Of a stretch of 64,000 bases of DNA, positions 29,142 through 38,656 are shown in pieces; the stretch's first letter is position 1; the number at the start of each line of letters is the position of its first letter. The stretch comes from Rikenellaceae bacterium (GTDB lineage Bacteria > Bacteroidota > Bacteroidia > Bacteroidales > UBA932). The translations under genes were made by a program, and so were the position numbers. Where the stretch lies: contig CAAGIL010000170.1 of NCBI GenBank assembly GCA_900769905.1, forward strand, positions 10,542 to 74,541, in the 5' to 3' direction. Below the pieces are notes generated by a model. The model saw only the letters and a program-made list of their open reading frames with translations. It searched no databases and was not told the origin of the DNA.

Positions 29142-29879
29142 ATGGGATTATTAACTGGAAAAGTCGCCCTCATCACTGGGGCATCGAGGGGCATAGGCAA
29201 AGCCATCGCCCTTAAGTTCGCGTCGGAAGGAGCGGATATCGCATTCACCGACATCAAGATCAACGAAGACACAGTGAAGGAAATCGAGGCTCTCGGAGTA
29301 AAGGTCAGGGCCTACGCATCCAATGCGGCTGATTTCGCCGCCACCCACGAGACGGTGGATCAGATACTTGCCGATTTCGGCCACATCGACGTGCTTGTCA
29401 ACAACGCCGGCATCACCCGTGACGGTCTGATGCTCAGGATGGACGAGGCGCAGTGGGATGCCGTAATCAACGTCAACCTCAAGTCGGCCTACAACTACAT
29501 CCACGCCCTTACCCCTATTATGGCCCGCCAGAGGGGTGGCAGCATCATCAATATGTCCTCAGTAGTGGGTGTCAGCGGCAACGCCGGCCAGTGCAACTAC
29601 TCCGCATCCAAGGCCGGTCTCATCGGTCTCGCCAAGTCCATCGCCAAGGAGATGGGTCCTCGCGGAATACGTGCAAACTGCATTGCTCCGGGCTTCATCA
29701 TCTCCGATATGACCGCCGCCCTTTCCGAGGAAGTCCGTCAGGGCTGGATCAAGACCATTCCTCTCCGCAGGGGCGGTACTCCTGAAGATGTCGCCAACGT
29801 GGCTCTCTTCCTCGCCAGCGACCTCTCTTCCTATGTCAGCGGACAGGTTATCCACTGCTGTGGCGCGATGAACTGCTAG
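29142..29879 (+). CDS. fabG: 3-oxoacyl-[ACP] reductase (SDR)
   Basis: TGASRGIGKAIA Rossmann motif, NNAG and the YSASKAG catalytic motif. Length is 245 aa. Confidence 0.85.
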   Translation: MGLLTGKVALITGASRGIGKAIALKFASEGADIAFTDIKINEDTVKEIEALGVKVRAYASNAADFAATHETVDQILADFGHIDVLVNNAGITRDGLMLRMDEAQWDAVINVNLKSAYNYIHALTPIMARQRGGSIINMSSVVGVSGNAGQCNYSASKAGLIGLAKSIAKEMGPRGIRANCIAPGFIISDMTAALSEEVRQGWIKTIPLRRGGTPEDVANVALFLASDLSSYVSGQVIHCCGAMNC

Positions 29880-29898
29880 AAGCGATTGACTGCTCGCG

Positions 29899-30657
29899 AT
29901 GACTTCTTCACCTAAAGACTTGAACTTGAAAACGGCCCTGTCTGCAATTGCGGACCTGGTGATGCCGAGAGTGTGCGTCGTGTGCGGCGCAAGCCTTGAC
30001 GGTGAAGAAAAACATATATGCAGGGATTGTTTTGCCGACCTGCCGCTGACAGGTTTTTCCAAGGTGGAACACAATCCTATGGCCGACAAGTTCAATGCCG
30101 GCTTCAGCTCGGATGAATATGAGCCGTATGCGCACGCTGCGGCTCTTTTCTATTATTCTCCCGAGAGTCCCTATTCCAGGCTGACCCAGGCCCTGAAGTA
30201 TGACGGGAACATTCCTGCCGGCCGTCTTCTGTCCAGGATGCTCGCGGAGGATCTGGTCTCTTCTCCCTTCTTTGCCGACGTGGATGCAATCGTCCCCGTG
30301 CCCCTGCACTGGACCCGGCTTCTGAAGAGGGGTTACAACCAGAGCGGGGTGATTGCCCGCTGCCTGGCTTCGGAAATGGGAGTCCCTGAACTCCCCGGCC
30401 TTCTCAGGCGCACGCGCCGCACCCGCAGCCAGACCACCCTCGGAATGGAGGAAAAGGCCCTCAATGTGGGTGGAGCCTTCGCCGTGGATACAAAAACCGC
30501 AGGGCGCACTCCCGCCCCGCGGCACATACTTCTTGTGGATGACGTGTTCACCTCAGGCTCCACGCTGGGAGCCTGCCGGGCTGCACTCAAGGCGCATTAC
30601 GGGCCCGGACTGCGGGTATCGGCCGCAACCCTCGCCTTTGTGGGAAGGCTGGGGTAG
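29899..30657 (+). CDS. ComF-family phosphoribosyltransferase-domain protein
   Basis: An N-terminal Cys4 zinc ribbon (CVVCG...CRDCF) plus a PRTase motif (LLVDDVFTSGSTL). Confidence 0.75.
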   Translation: MTSSPKDLNLKTALSAIADLVMPRVCVVCGASLDGEEKHICRDCFADLPLTGFSKVEHNPMADKFNAGFSSDEYEPYAHAAALFYYSPESPYSRLTQALKYDGNIPAGRLLSRMLAEDLVSSPFFADVDAIVPVPLHWTRLLKRGYNQSGVIARCLASEMGVPELPGLLRRTRRTRSQTTLGMEEKALNVGGAFAVDTKTAGRTPAPRHILLVDDVFTSGSTLGACRAALKAHYGPGLRVSAATLAFVGRLG

Positions 30658-32436
30658 TCAGGGCTCCAACGGAGCGGTTTTCTCCCTGAGCCATTCCGCC
30701 ACCTCGTCCGGCAGCAGCGGGCTCAAAGTCCTGTACACCTTCTCGTGGTACGCGTTCAACCACTCGATTTCCTCCTTCCCGAGCAATTCGGGTATAATAG
30801 CCTCCTTGTCGAAATGGCACAGGGTGAGCGTCTCGAAACAGAGCCAGCGCCCGAATTCGTTCTCCCCGGCTTCCGTGCAGAGCACCAGGTTCTCGTGGCG
30901 CACGCCGTGCTGCCCTTCCCTGTATATTCCCGGCTCGTCGGATATTATCATTCCCGCCTTGAGCGGCACCGGGTTGAGGTTCTGTCGTACATCCTGGGGA
31001 CCTTCGTGCACCCCGAGGAAAAAGCCTATTCCGTGGCCGGTACCGTGGCCGAAGTTGCGCTTGCTCTTCCATAGCGGCTCTCTTGCCAGGGCATCGATGC
31101 GGCAGCCCGGCGTGCCTTCCGGGAATACGGCCATCGCAAGGTCTATGTGGCCCTTGAGCACCAGGGTGTAGTCTTCCATCTCGAGTCTGCTGCACCCGCC
31201 CAGCGGTACGGTACGGGTGATGTCCGTCGTGCCGAGGGTGTATTGGCCGCCCGAGTCGCAGAGGTACAGACCCTCTTCCTCCAGCAGCGGCGCATCGGCG
31301 TGCGGAGTGACGTAATGCGGCAGCGCGGCACCCGGGCCGTAGGCCGAAATGGTCTCGAAACTGTCGCCCCGGTACTCCCCGATCTCTGCCCTGTATTGCC
31401 CCAGCTTGACGGCGGCATCCCATTCGCTGATCCGGCGACCCGCCCTGACGCTTTTCTCTAGCCAGTAGAGGAACTTCTCCATCGCCACGCCGTCCTTGAC
31501 GTGTATGCGCCGCATCGCGTCGATTTCATACCCGTTCTTCACCGCCTTGCGCAGGCCTACCGGGCTCGTGCATTCCTCCAGCTGGACTCCTGAGGCAATG
31601 AGGCTGCGGTAGATGCTATAGTTCAGGCTGCCCGGGTCAACGAGCAGACGGCCTTCGTCGAGCAGTTCGGCAAGCCTGAATTCCGCGTCGCCGTATGCGG
31701 CAATTTCCACGCCCTCGGATTCCAGGATGCTGAAACAGGCGGCGCTGCTCTCATCAACCTCCCCGCCTTTCTCCACAAACCATACCGCCTTTCCGGTGGT
31801 CACAAGCAGATAGCTGAGCACCAATGGATTATATTCTATGTCGGAGGCGCGCACATTGAGCATCCAGGCTATTTCGTCAAGGGCGCTGAGCAGTATTCCG
31901 GAGGCGCTGTTGTCCTTCAGGAAAGAGCGCAGCCATTCGAACTTGGATGCCCGCGTTTGTCCGCATTCCACGGAAAAGACCGGGGTCTGGGGTATCTGCG
32001 GCCTGTCCTGCCAGAACACTCCCAGCATATCCGGCACGCTGATTACCGTCCCCGGGAGGCAGGAGGCCCAGTCGGCGCTTACGCACAGTCCGTCCACGGC
32101 AATCAGGCCTTCGTCTCCGAACTGCTGCTCCAGCCACTCCGGAATCAGCACCTGCTCCGGAACCCGCGTCTTGTGGAGCTCAATCCCCGTTCCGTCCAGC
32201 TGCCTGCGGGCCTGGATGAAGTAACGCGTGTCTGTCCAGAGCCCCGCGTGGTCCAGGGTCACCACAAGGTCGCCAGCTTCCCCCGTGAAGCCGGAAAGCC
32301 ATTCCACCTGCTTCCATCTCAGCGCCGGGTATTCGCTCGAATGTGGATCGGACCCGGTGATGATCACTGCATCCCAGGCCTTCGTGCGCATCAGCGTACG
32401 CAACATTTCCAATCTTTGACTGTAGATATTTTCCAT
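30658..32436 (-). CDS. Aminopeptidase P family protein (M24, long form with creatinase-like N-domains)
   Basis: About 590 aa with a C-terminal M24 fold (HGTGHGIG, EPGIY). The start is taken at MENIYSQRLEMLR. The longer track start would overlap the divergent promoter. Confidence 0.8.
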   Translation of the reverse strand: MENIYSQRLEMLRTLMRTKAWDAVIITGSDPHSSEYPALRWKQVEWLSGFTGEAGDLVVTLDHAGLWTDTRYFIQARRQLDGTGIELHKTRVPEQVLIPEWLEQQFGDEGLIAVDGLCVSADWASCLPGTVISVPDMLGVFWQDRPQIPQTPVFSVECGQTRASKFEWLRSFLKDNSASGILLSALDEIAWMLNVRASDIEYNPLVLSYLLVTTGKAVWFVEKGGEVDESSAACFSILESEGVEIAAYGDAEFRLAELLDEGRLLVDPGSLNYSIYRSLIASGVQLEECTSPVGLRKAVKNGYEIDAMRRIHVKDGVAMEKFLYWLEKSVRAGRRISEWDAAVKLGQYRAEIGEYRGDSFETISAYGPGAALPHYVTPHADAPLLEEEGLYLCDSGGQYTLGTTDITRTVPLGGCSRLEMEDYTLVLKGHIDLAMAVFPEGTPGCRIDALAREPLWKSKRNFGHGTGHGIGFFLGVHEGPQDVRQNLNPVPLKAGMIISDEPGIYREGQHGVRHENLVLCTEAGENEFGRWLCFETLTLCHFDKEAIIPELLGKEEIEWLNAYHEKVYRTLSPLLPDEVAEWLREKTAPLEP

Positions 32437-32442
32437 TGCATT

Positions 32443-32473
32443 TTTGCACTTTCTACAAATATAAGTAATTTTG
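32443..32473 (+). promoter_or_regulatory. Bacteroidetes sigma-A-type promoter for dus (TTTG-N19-TAATTTTG)
   Basis: TTTG lies at 32443..32446 and TAATTTTG at 32466..32473, with a 19-nt spacer. The ATG is 8 nt downstream. A back-to-back TATATTTG for the divergent aminopeptidase gene lies on the minus strand at 32455..32462. Confidence 0.45.
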
Positions 32474-32480
32474 CACAACG

Positions 32481-33476
32481 ATGAAGATTGGAAGCGTGGA
32501 TTTGGGCGAAAAGCCCCTTCTGCTGGCGCCGATGGAGGATATCACCGACGTCACTTTCCGCCTGCTCTGCCGCGAGCAGGGGGCGGATATGGTATATACC
32601 GAGTTCATCCCTTCCGACGGGCTGATACGCGATGCCCAAAAGGCCATTGCCAAGATGCACACCTACGAAGAGGAGGCCCCGGTGGCGATACAGATTTACG
32701 GCCACATCCCGGAATCGATGGTGGAAGCGGCGCGTATGGCGGACAAGGCGGCGGAAATCGCCGGAGGCCACGGAGCGGACATCATAGACATCAACTTCGG
32801 ATGCCCGGTGAGCAAAATCGCCGGCAGGGGAGCGGGTTCGGGAATGATGCGCGAGCCTGACAAACTCGTGGCGATTACCAAGGCCGTGGTGGAGGCGGTG
32901 GACAAGCCGGTCACCGTGAAGACGCGCCTGGGCTGGGACGAGAATTCCAAGATTATCGTGGAACTGGCCGAAAGGCTTCAGGATGTCGGCATACAGGCGC
33001 TTACCATACACGGGCGCACGCGTTGCCAGATGTACAAGGGGGAGGCCGACTGGACCCTGATCGGCAAGGTGAAGGAGAACCCGAGGATGCACATACCCAT
33101 CATAGGGAACGGCGACATCAAGGACGGGCCTGGTGCAGCCGCAGCTTTCGCGCGCTACGGTGTGGATGCAATAATGATAGGCCGTGCCACCTTCGGGCAT
33201 CCTTGGATATTCAGGGAAATCAGGCACTACCTCGACCACGGCGAACCTATGCCGGAGCCGACGGTGGCAGAAAAGGTAGCCCTGGCAAAGCGTCACCTGG
33301 CGCTGTCTCTGGAGCACAAGGGCAGTCCGCGCGGCATCTATGAGATGCGCCGCCACCTGAGCTGCTACTTCAAGGGCCTGCCGGAGTTCAAGGAGACTCG
33401 TATGCGTATGGTGACGACCCTCGACAGCACAGAACTTTATTCGATACTGGACGAAATACAGCAGAGATATGATTGA
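32481..33476 (+). CDS. dus: tRNA-dihydrouridine synthase
   Basis: Dus-family TIM-barrel motifs are present (LAPMEDITD, FGCP, GNGDI). Confidence 0.85.
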   Translation: MKIGSVDLGEKPLLLAPMEDITDVTFRLLCREQGADMVYTEFIPSDGLIRDAQKAIAKMHTYEEEAPVAIQIYGHIPESMVEAARMADKAAEIAGGHGADIIDINFGCPVSKIAGRGAGSGMMREPDKLVAITKAVVEAVDKPVTVKTRLGWDENSKIIVELAERLQDVGIQALTIHGRTRCQMYKGEADWTLIGKVKENPRMHIPIIGNGDIKDGPGAAAAFARYGVDAIMIGRATFGHPWIFREIRHYLDHGEPMPEPTVAEKVALAKRHLALSLEHKGSPRGIYEMRRHLSCYFKGLPEFKETRMRMVTTLDSTELYSILDEIQQRYD

Positions 33477-34593
33477 CAAGGTACTTCTTTTTCCATATTA
33501 CGCGGTCCTCAAGCTGAGGAACAGCTTCTATTCGTCTTCCCGACGCAAGCCGGCGCTCACCGAGGTGCCTTCGGTATGCGTGGGCAATGTCACCGTGGGC
33601 GGCACGGGAAAGACCCCTCACGTGGAGATGATACTGCGTATGCTCAGGGAGAGCGAGCGCTGGGGCGATGCACAGCTTGCCGTGCTTTCCAGGGGTTACA
33701 AGCGTGAGAGCAAGGGCTTCCAGCAGGTTACGGTGGGCGGGAGTGCGGAGATGTTCGGGGACGAACCGCTCCAGATCAAGAAGAAGTTCCCGGGAGTGAC
33801 GGTGGCCGTGTGCAAGAACAGGGTGGAAGGAAGCGGCCTGCTCTGCCATCCGGACCGGCTTGAGGCGAAGAAGTACGCCAGGAAATGCTGGAACCCCGAG
33901 TTCCCTCCTGCAGACTTCCTGGTGCTCGACGACGCGTACCAGTACCGCAAGCTCAAGCCTGAGCTCAACATAGTCCTGGTGGATTACAACCGTCCGGTGT
34001 TCAAGGATATGCTGCTGCCCCTGGGACGCCTGCGCGACCTTCCCGAGAGGGTGGCGGACGCGGACGTGGTGATAGTCAGCAAGTGCCCTGCCCAGCTTGA
34101 GAACCAGGAGCGCAAGGCCTTCGCCGACGGTCTCAAGGTCCTGAGCTACAACCAGGATGAATGCGAGTGCATCAGCGCAAGCGGGAAACGCCAGCTGCTG
34201 CTCTTCACCACTATAGATTACACGCGCGCACAAGGAGTTTACGAGTGCACGGAGCCGAGGTACGTATATTCCAAAAAGGCCATTATGGTCACGGGCATAG
34301 CCAAGGACACCCCGCTGCGCAAGCATCTGAGCGACAGTTACAAGATAGTGTCCCGTTTCAGCTTCCCCGACCACCACAAGTTCAGCTGGTCAGATATCAG
34401 CAAAATCCAGGCAGCGCTCCGCAAGAATCCTACCGCGTCCATCTTCACGACCGAGAAGGATACCCAGAGACTGCTCGATTTCAACGGTATGCCAAAGGAG
34501 ATTATGGAGCGTTGCTTTATGATACCAATAGAAACGCGCTTCCTCTCCGAAGCGGAAAGAAGCGCGTTTGCAAGACTGCTTGAGCAGCTCTGA
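33469..34593 (+). CDS. lpxK: Tetraacyldisaccharide 4'-kinase
   Basis: A VGNVTVGGTGKTP P-loop is typical of LpxK. The gene overlaps dus by 8 nt. Confidence 0.85.
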   Translation: MIDKVLLFPYYAVLKLRNSFYSSSRRKPALTEVPSVCVGNVTVGGTGKTPHVEMILRMLRESERWGDAQLAVLSRGYKRESKGFQQVTVGGSAEMFGDEPLQIKKKFPGVTVAVCKNRVEGSGLLCHPDRLEAKKYARKCWNPEFPPADFLVLDDAYQYRKLKPELNIVLVDYNRPVFKDMLLPLGRLRDLPERVADADVVIVSKCPAQLENQERKAFADGLKVLSYNQDECECISASGKRQLLLFTTIDYTRAQGVYECTEPRYVYSKKAIMVTGIAKDTPLRKHLSDSYKIVSRFSFPDHHKFSWSDISKIQAALRKNPTASIFTTEKDTQRLLDFNGMPKEIMERCFMIPIETRFLSEAERSAFARLLEQL

Positions 34594-35163
34594 TTACACG
34601 GTCATAATGTCTTTTTCCTTGGCTGCGACAAGTTCGTCCACAGTCTTGACCTTCTTGTCGGTAAGCTTCTGAATTTCGGTCTCGGCTTCCTTCTGGGTGT
34701 CTTCAGGGAGACCTTCGTTCTTGTTTGCCTTCTTGAGAAGCTCGATGCCGTCGCGGCGTGCGTTGCGTACCACGATCTTCGCATTCTCGCCGGCACCCTT
34801 CGCCTTCTTGATAAGCTCCTTGCGCCTCTCTTCGGTCAGGGCCGGAACGGTGCAGCGTATTACCTCGCCGTTGTTCTGGGGAGTGAAGCCGAGGTTGGCG
34901 TCGATGATGGCCTTCTCGATCTTAGGGATCATATGCTTCTCCCAAGGCTGGATTGCAAGGGTCTTTGCGTCCGGGGCCGAGATGGAGGCAACCTGTGCAA
35001 GAGGGGTAGGGGTGCCGTAGTAATCTACGGATACGCTGTTGAAGATGAGAGGGTTAGCCTTGCCTACCCTGTATGTCTTGAGGTCTTCCTCGAGGAAGTT
35101 TACCGCATCCTGCATCTTGGAATCAGTCAGGTTTACGATTTCTTTGGCTCTGTCTGTTAACAT
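34594..35163 (-). CDS. frr: Ribosome recycling factor
   Basis: The product aligns with Frr along its length (YYGTPTPL, LTEERRKEL). Confidence 0.95.
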   Translation of the reverse strand: MLTDRAKEIVNLTDSKMQDAVNFLEEDLKTYRVGKANPLIFNSVSVDYYGTPTPLAQVASISAPDAKTLAIQPWEKHMIPKIEKAIIDANLGFTPQNNGEVIRCTVPALTEERRKELIKKAKGAGENAKIVVRNARRDGIELLKKANKNEGLPEDTQKEAETEIQKLTDKKVKTVDELVAAKEKDIMTV

Positions 35164-35183
35164 ATTAGTATGGTGTTTGATTG

Positions 35184-35882
35184 TTAAGCGTGTACGGTTG
35201 TGCCCACCTTCTCGCCTGCAAGCAGGCGGCCGAGGCTGCCTTTCTCTCCTATATTGAATACTATGATAGGAACCGGGCCCTGTTCGCAGAGGGCGAAGGC
35301 GGTGGCGTCCATCACCTTGAGGTGGTCGGAGAGGGCCTTGCTGAACGTGAGCTCGTCATATTTCACGGCATTCGGGTCCTTTTCCGGGTCGGCGGTGTAA
35401 ACCCCGTCCACCCTGGTGCCTTTCAGGAGTGCGTCCGCCTCGATCTCAAGGGCTCTGAGCGCCGCTCCGGAATCGGTGGTGAAGAAAGGGTTGCCCGTGC
35501 CTCCGGAGATCAGTGCCACGCCTCCCTGCTCCAGGAGGGCGACTGCGTCTTCCCTGCGGTAGTAGTGGGCAATAGGCTGCATAGGGGTTGCAGTGAACAC
35601 CTCCGCCTTCACTCCTTCGGAGCGCAGTGCGCAGGCCAGGCCCAGGGAGTTGATGACTGTCGCCAGCATTCCCATACGGTCTCCGCTGATTCTGTCGAAG
35701 CCTTTCCCCAGGCCCTGGAGCCCGCGGAAAATATTGCCTCCTCCGTTCACGATTGCTATCTGATGACCGGCTTTCACGGCCTCGGCGATTTCTTTGGCAA
35801 AGCCCGTCAGGCACCCGCTGTCAATGCCCTTGCCTGAAGGGCCTCCAAGGCTTTCGCCGCTCAGTTTAAGTAAAACTCTCAT
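35184..35882 (-). CDS. pyrH: UMP kinase
   Basis: KLSGE, VVGGGN-type motifs are present and the gene is adjacent to frr. Confidence 0.95.
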   Translation of the reverse strand: MRVLLKLSGESLGGPSGKGIDSGCLTGFAKEIAEAVKAGHQIAIVNGGGNIFRGLQGLGKGFDRISGDRMGMLATVINSLGLACALRSEGVKAEVFTATPMQPIAHYYRREDAVALLEQGGVALISGGTGNPFFTTDSGAALRALEIEADALLKGTRVDGVYTADPEKDPNAVKYDELTFSKALSDHLKVMDATAFALCEQGPVPIIVFNIGEKGSLGRLLAGEKVGTTVHA

Positions 35883-35986
35883 ATAAATTTCAAATTTTGC
35901 AGACTTTTAAACAAAAATATCGGAAAATTATGAAACTTGCAAGATTAGGAGTATATTTGCACTCCAATTGATTAAATTCAACACCA

Positions 35987-36712
35987 ATGTTTATATTCAA
36001 TTCATCTATCGGAAAGAAATTCATCCAGGCCGTGAGCGGAGCATTCCTCATTGTGTTCCTTCTCCTCCACGTTACAATCAACTTCTTCTCTGTGATCGAT
36101 TCCTTCACAGGCAAGTTCGGTGCGGTTGCAGCTGACGACAAGCTCTTCAGCGCCGGTGACGGCCTTTTCAAGCTCGGATGCGACTTCATGTCCACTCCGG
36201 TCATCTCAATCATGGTCCCTGTGCTTGCTCTGGGATTCCTCATCCACATCGTCTACGGCTGCTGGCTGACCTTCCAGAACATTCGCGCCCGTGGTGGTGT
36301 GAAGCGCTATGAGGTTGCAAGCAAGGCGGCTGCCGATTCCTGGTCTGCACGCAATATGTTCGTGCTCGGAATCGTCATCCTGGGTGCCATCTTCTTCCAT
36401 CTCTTCCACTTCTGGGCCAAGATGCAGATGCCAGAACTCCTGCACATCGGCACTTTCGAGAATGATCCTTACCTCCTCCTCACTACCGTATTCGGCAAGT
36501 GGTGGGTGCTCGTGATCTACCTCCTCTGGTTCGCCGCAATCTGGTTCCACCTCGTACACGGATTCTGGAGCATGTTCCAGACTGTGGGCTGGGACGGCAC
36601 CACCTGGTTCAAGCGCATCAAGAATATCGGTGTAATCGTGGTCAGCATCATCTGCGTGCTCTTCGCAAGCGTCGGAATCAATGCTTTCATCCAGGCCAAT
36701 TTCATCGCTTAG
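35987..36712 (+). CDS. frdC: Succinate dehydrogenase/fumarate reductase di-haem cytochrome b membrane anchor (Bacteroides FrdC type)
   Basis: Five TM segments carry four conserved His (LLHVT, FLIHIV, FFHLFHFW, IWFHLVHGFW). The C-terminal WFHL.HGFWS.FQTVGW motif is typical of the b558/FrdC family. Confidence 0.8.
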   Translation: MFIFNSSIGKKFIQAVSGAFLIVFLLLHVTINFFSVIDSFTGKFGAVAADDKLFSAGDGLFKLGCDFMSTPVISIMVPVLALGFLIHIVYGCWLTFQNIRARGGVKRYEVASKAAADSWSARNMFVLGIVILGAIFFHLFHFWAKMQMPELLHIGTFENDPYLLLTTVFGKWWVLVIYLLWFAAIWFHLVHGFWSMFQTVGWDGTTWFKRIKNIGVIVVSIICVLFASVGINAFIQANFIA

Positions 36713-36753
36713 GCAAGATACTTTTTGTTTTATCATAAATAATTGTTACCTTT

Positions 36754-36788
36754 GCGACCCCTATTTTGTGTAGGGATCGCAATTTTTT
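36754..36788 (+). terminator. Rho-independent terminator directly after frdC
   Basis: GCGACCCCT-loop-AGGGATCGC (one mismatch) is followed by a T6 run. Confidence 0.6.
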
Positions 36789-36815
36789 AGTATTAACTAT
36801 TTAAAGATCAAGACA

Positions 36816-37268
36816 GTGGACACACAAAGCTACAAGACAGTATCGCTGAACAAGGCGACTGTGGACAAGAAGTGGGTTGTCATTGACGCGACAGATCTCG
36901 CGCTTGGTCGTCTCGCTTCGCGCGTTGCTCTTGTCCTTCGCGGCAAGACCAAGCCGGGCTACACCCCTCACGTTGACTGTGGTGACAACGTTATCGTAGT
37001 CAATGCCGAGAAGGTTTCACTCGGTGGCAAGAAGATGACCGATCGTGTTTATACCCGTTACACCGGATATCCTGGTGGACAGAGGTTTACAACACCGAAG
37101 GAGATCCTCGCCAATAGGCCTGAGGAACTTGTCAGGAGAGCAGTTAAGGGTATGCTCCCTAAGACCCGTCTTGGTGACGACCTTCTCGGAAACCTGTTCG
37201 TTTACGCAGGTCCTGAGCACAAGCACCAGGCACAGAACCCTACAGTTATCAAGTTGGATGAAATTTAA
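36816..37268 (+). CDS. rplM: 50S ribosomal protein L13 (GTG start)
   Basis: The product aligns with L13 (WVVIDATDLALGRLAS...YTPHVD). Confidence 0.95.
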   Translation: MDTQSYKTVSLNKATVDKKWVVIDATDLALGRLASRVALVLRGKTKPGYTPHVDCGDNVIVVNAEKVSLGGKKMTDRVYTRYTGYPGGQRFTTPKEILANRPEELVRRAVKGMLPKTRLGDDLLGNLFVYAGPEHKHQAQNPTVIKLDEI

Positions 37269-37277
37269 ACAGAGCAA

Positions 37278-37667
37278 ATGGAACAGACACACGCCCTTGG
37301 AAGACGTAAAGCAGCTGTAGCTCGCGTTTATCTCACAGCCGGAAAAGGCAATGTGACCGTCAACGACCGTCCTCTCGAGAACTACTTCGCTCTCGAGTCC
37401 CTTCGTTATGTCGTAAACCAGCCTTTCGAAGTTACCGGTACTCTCGGACAGTTCGATGTCAAGGTCACCATCGCAGGTGGCGGAATCAAAGGACAGGCCG
37501 AGGCTATTCGCCTGGGCATCGCCCGTGCTCTCTGTGAGGTGGACAAGGAGGCATATCGTTCAGCACTCAAAGCAGCAGGTTTCCTGACCCGTGACGCCCG
37601 TGAGGTGGAGCGCAAGAAGCCTGGCCAGCCTGGTGCACGTCGCCGCTTCCAGTTCAGCAAACGTTAG
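37278..37667 (+). CDS. rpsI: 30S ribosomal protein S9
   Basis: S9 signature, including the C-terminal ...[11 protein letters not shown]. Confidence 0.95.
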   Translation: MEQTHALGRRKAAVARVYLTAGKGNVTVNDRPLENYFALESLRYVVNQPFEVTGTLGQFDVKVTIAGGGIKGQAEAIRLGIARALCEVDKEAYRSALKAAGFLTRDAREVERKKPGQPGARRRFQFSKR

Positions 37668-37822
37668 TTATCGTTTATTTACGGCACAGCAGCGGTTTTT
37701 AAACCATCCCGCATTTTGATGGCTGCCGCGCTGCGAAAAAGGCCGGAGACCGTAAAAGCGCTACTCCGCCTTGAAGAAAAGAGACCCCGGAAGGGGACAG
37801 TTTACAAAAACAGAACAAACAA

Positions 37823-38632
37823 ATGTCACGTACAAATTTCCAGGAATTGCTTGATGCAAGCGTACATTTCGGACACTTGGCAAGGAAGTGGAACCCAAAA
37901 ATGGCCCCATATATCTTCGACCAGAAGAAGGGTATGCACGTAATTGACCTGCACAAGACCGTAGCCAAGGTGGATGAAGCCGCCGAGGAGATGAAGATGC
38001 TTGCAAAATCAGGCCGCAAAATTCTCTTCGTAGCAACGAAGAAGCAGGCTAAGGATATTGTAAAGGATAAGGCAACGGCAGTGAATATGCCGTCCATCAC
38101 CGAGCGTTGGGCTGGTGGTATGCTTACCAACTTCCCTACTATCCGCAAAGCCATCAAGAAAATGTCCACCATCGACAAGATGAAGGAGGACGGCACCTAC
38201 GACAAGCTCGCCAAGAGAGAGCGTCTGCAGGTGGATCGCCAGAGGGCCAAGCTCGAGAAGAACCTCGGCTCCATCCGCGATATGAGCCGTCTCCCGTCAG
38301 CACTCTTCGTGGTAGACGTGCAGAAGGAGGCAAATGCAGTCAAGGAGGCAAATCGTCTCAATATTCCGGTATTCGCAATGGTTGATACTTGTTGCGATCC
38401 TACCCCGATTGATTATGTGATACCGGCAAATGATGACGCCGCCAGCTCAATCGAGTGCATTGTCAACATCCTCTGCAAGGCTATCCAGGAAGGTCTCGAC
38501 GAGCGCAAGCTTGAGAAGGACAAGGATGCTGCTGCAGCCGAAGTTACCGAGGAGGTAAAGCCGGGTGCAAGGAAGCTCCGCTCCCGCAAGGGTGGCAAAA
38601 ACGCTGAGGCTGAAGAAGCAAAGGCAGAATAG
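37823..38632 (+). CDS. rpsB: 30S ribosomal protein S2
   Basis: An S2 alignment (LLDASVHFGH, VVDVQKE) with an acidic C-terminal tail. Confidence 0.95.
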   Translation: MSRTNFQELLDASVHFGHLARKWNPKMAPYIFDQKKGMHVIDLHKTVAKVDEAAEEMKMLAKSGRKILFVATKKQAKDIVKDKATAVNMPSITERWAGGMLTNFPTIRKAIKKMSTIDKMKEDGTYDKLAKRERLQVDRQRAKLEKNLGSIRDMSRLPSALFVVDVQKEANAVKEANRLNIPVFAMVDTCCDPTPIDYVIPANDDAASSIECIVNILCKAIQEGLDERKLEKDKDAAAAEVTEEVKPGARKLRSRKGGKNAEAEEAKAE

Positions 38633-38656
38633 TTCCATTTAGAAACAGATACCGTT

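Noticed and set aside
36713-36815. TAnnTTTG promoter for rplM in the frdC-rplM gap.
   Set aside because: Only a 7-nt TATTTTG overlapping the terminator loop is present, with no convincing -7 box. The rplM promoter was left uncalled.
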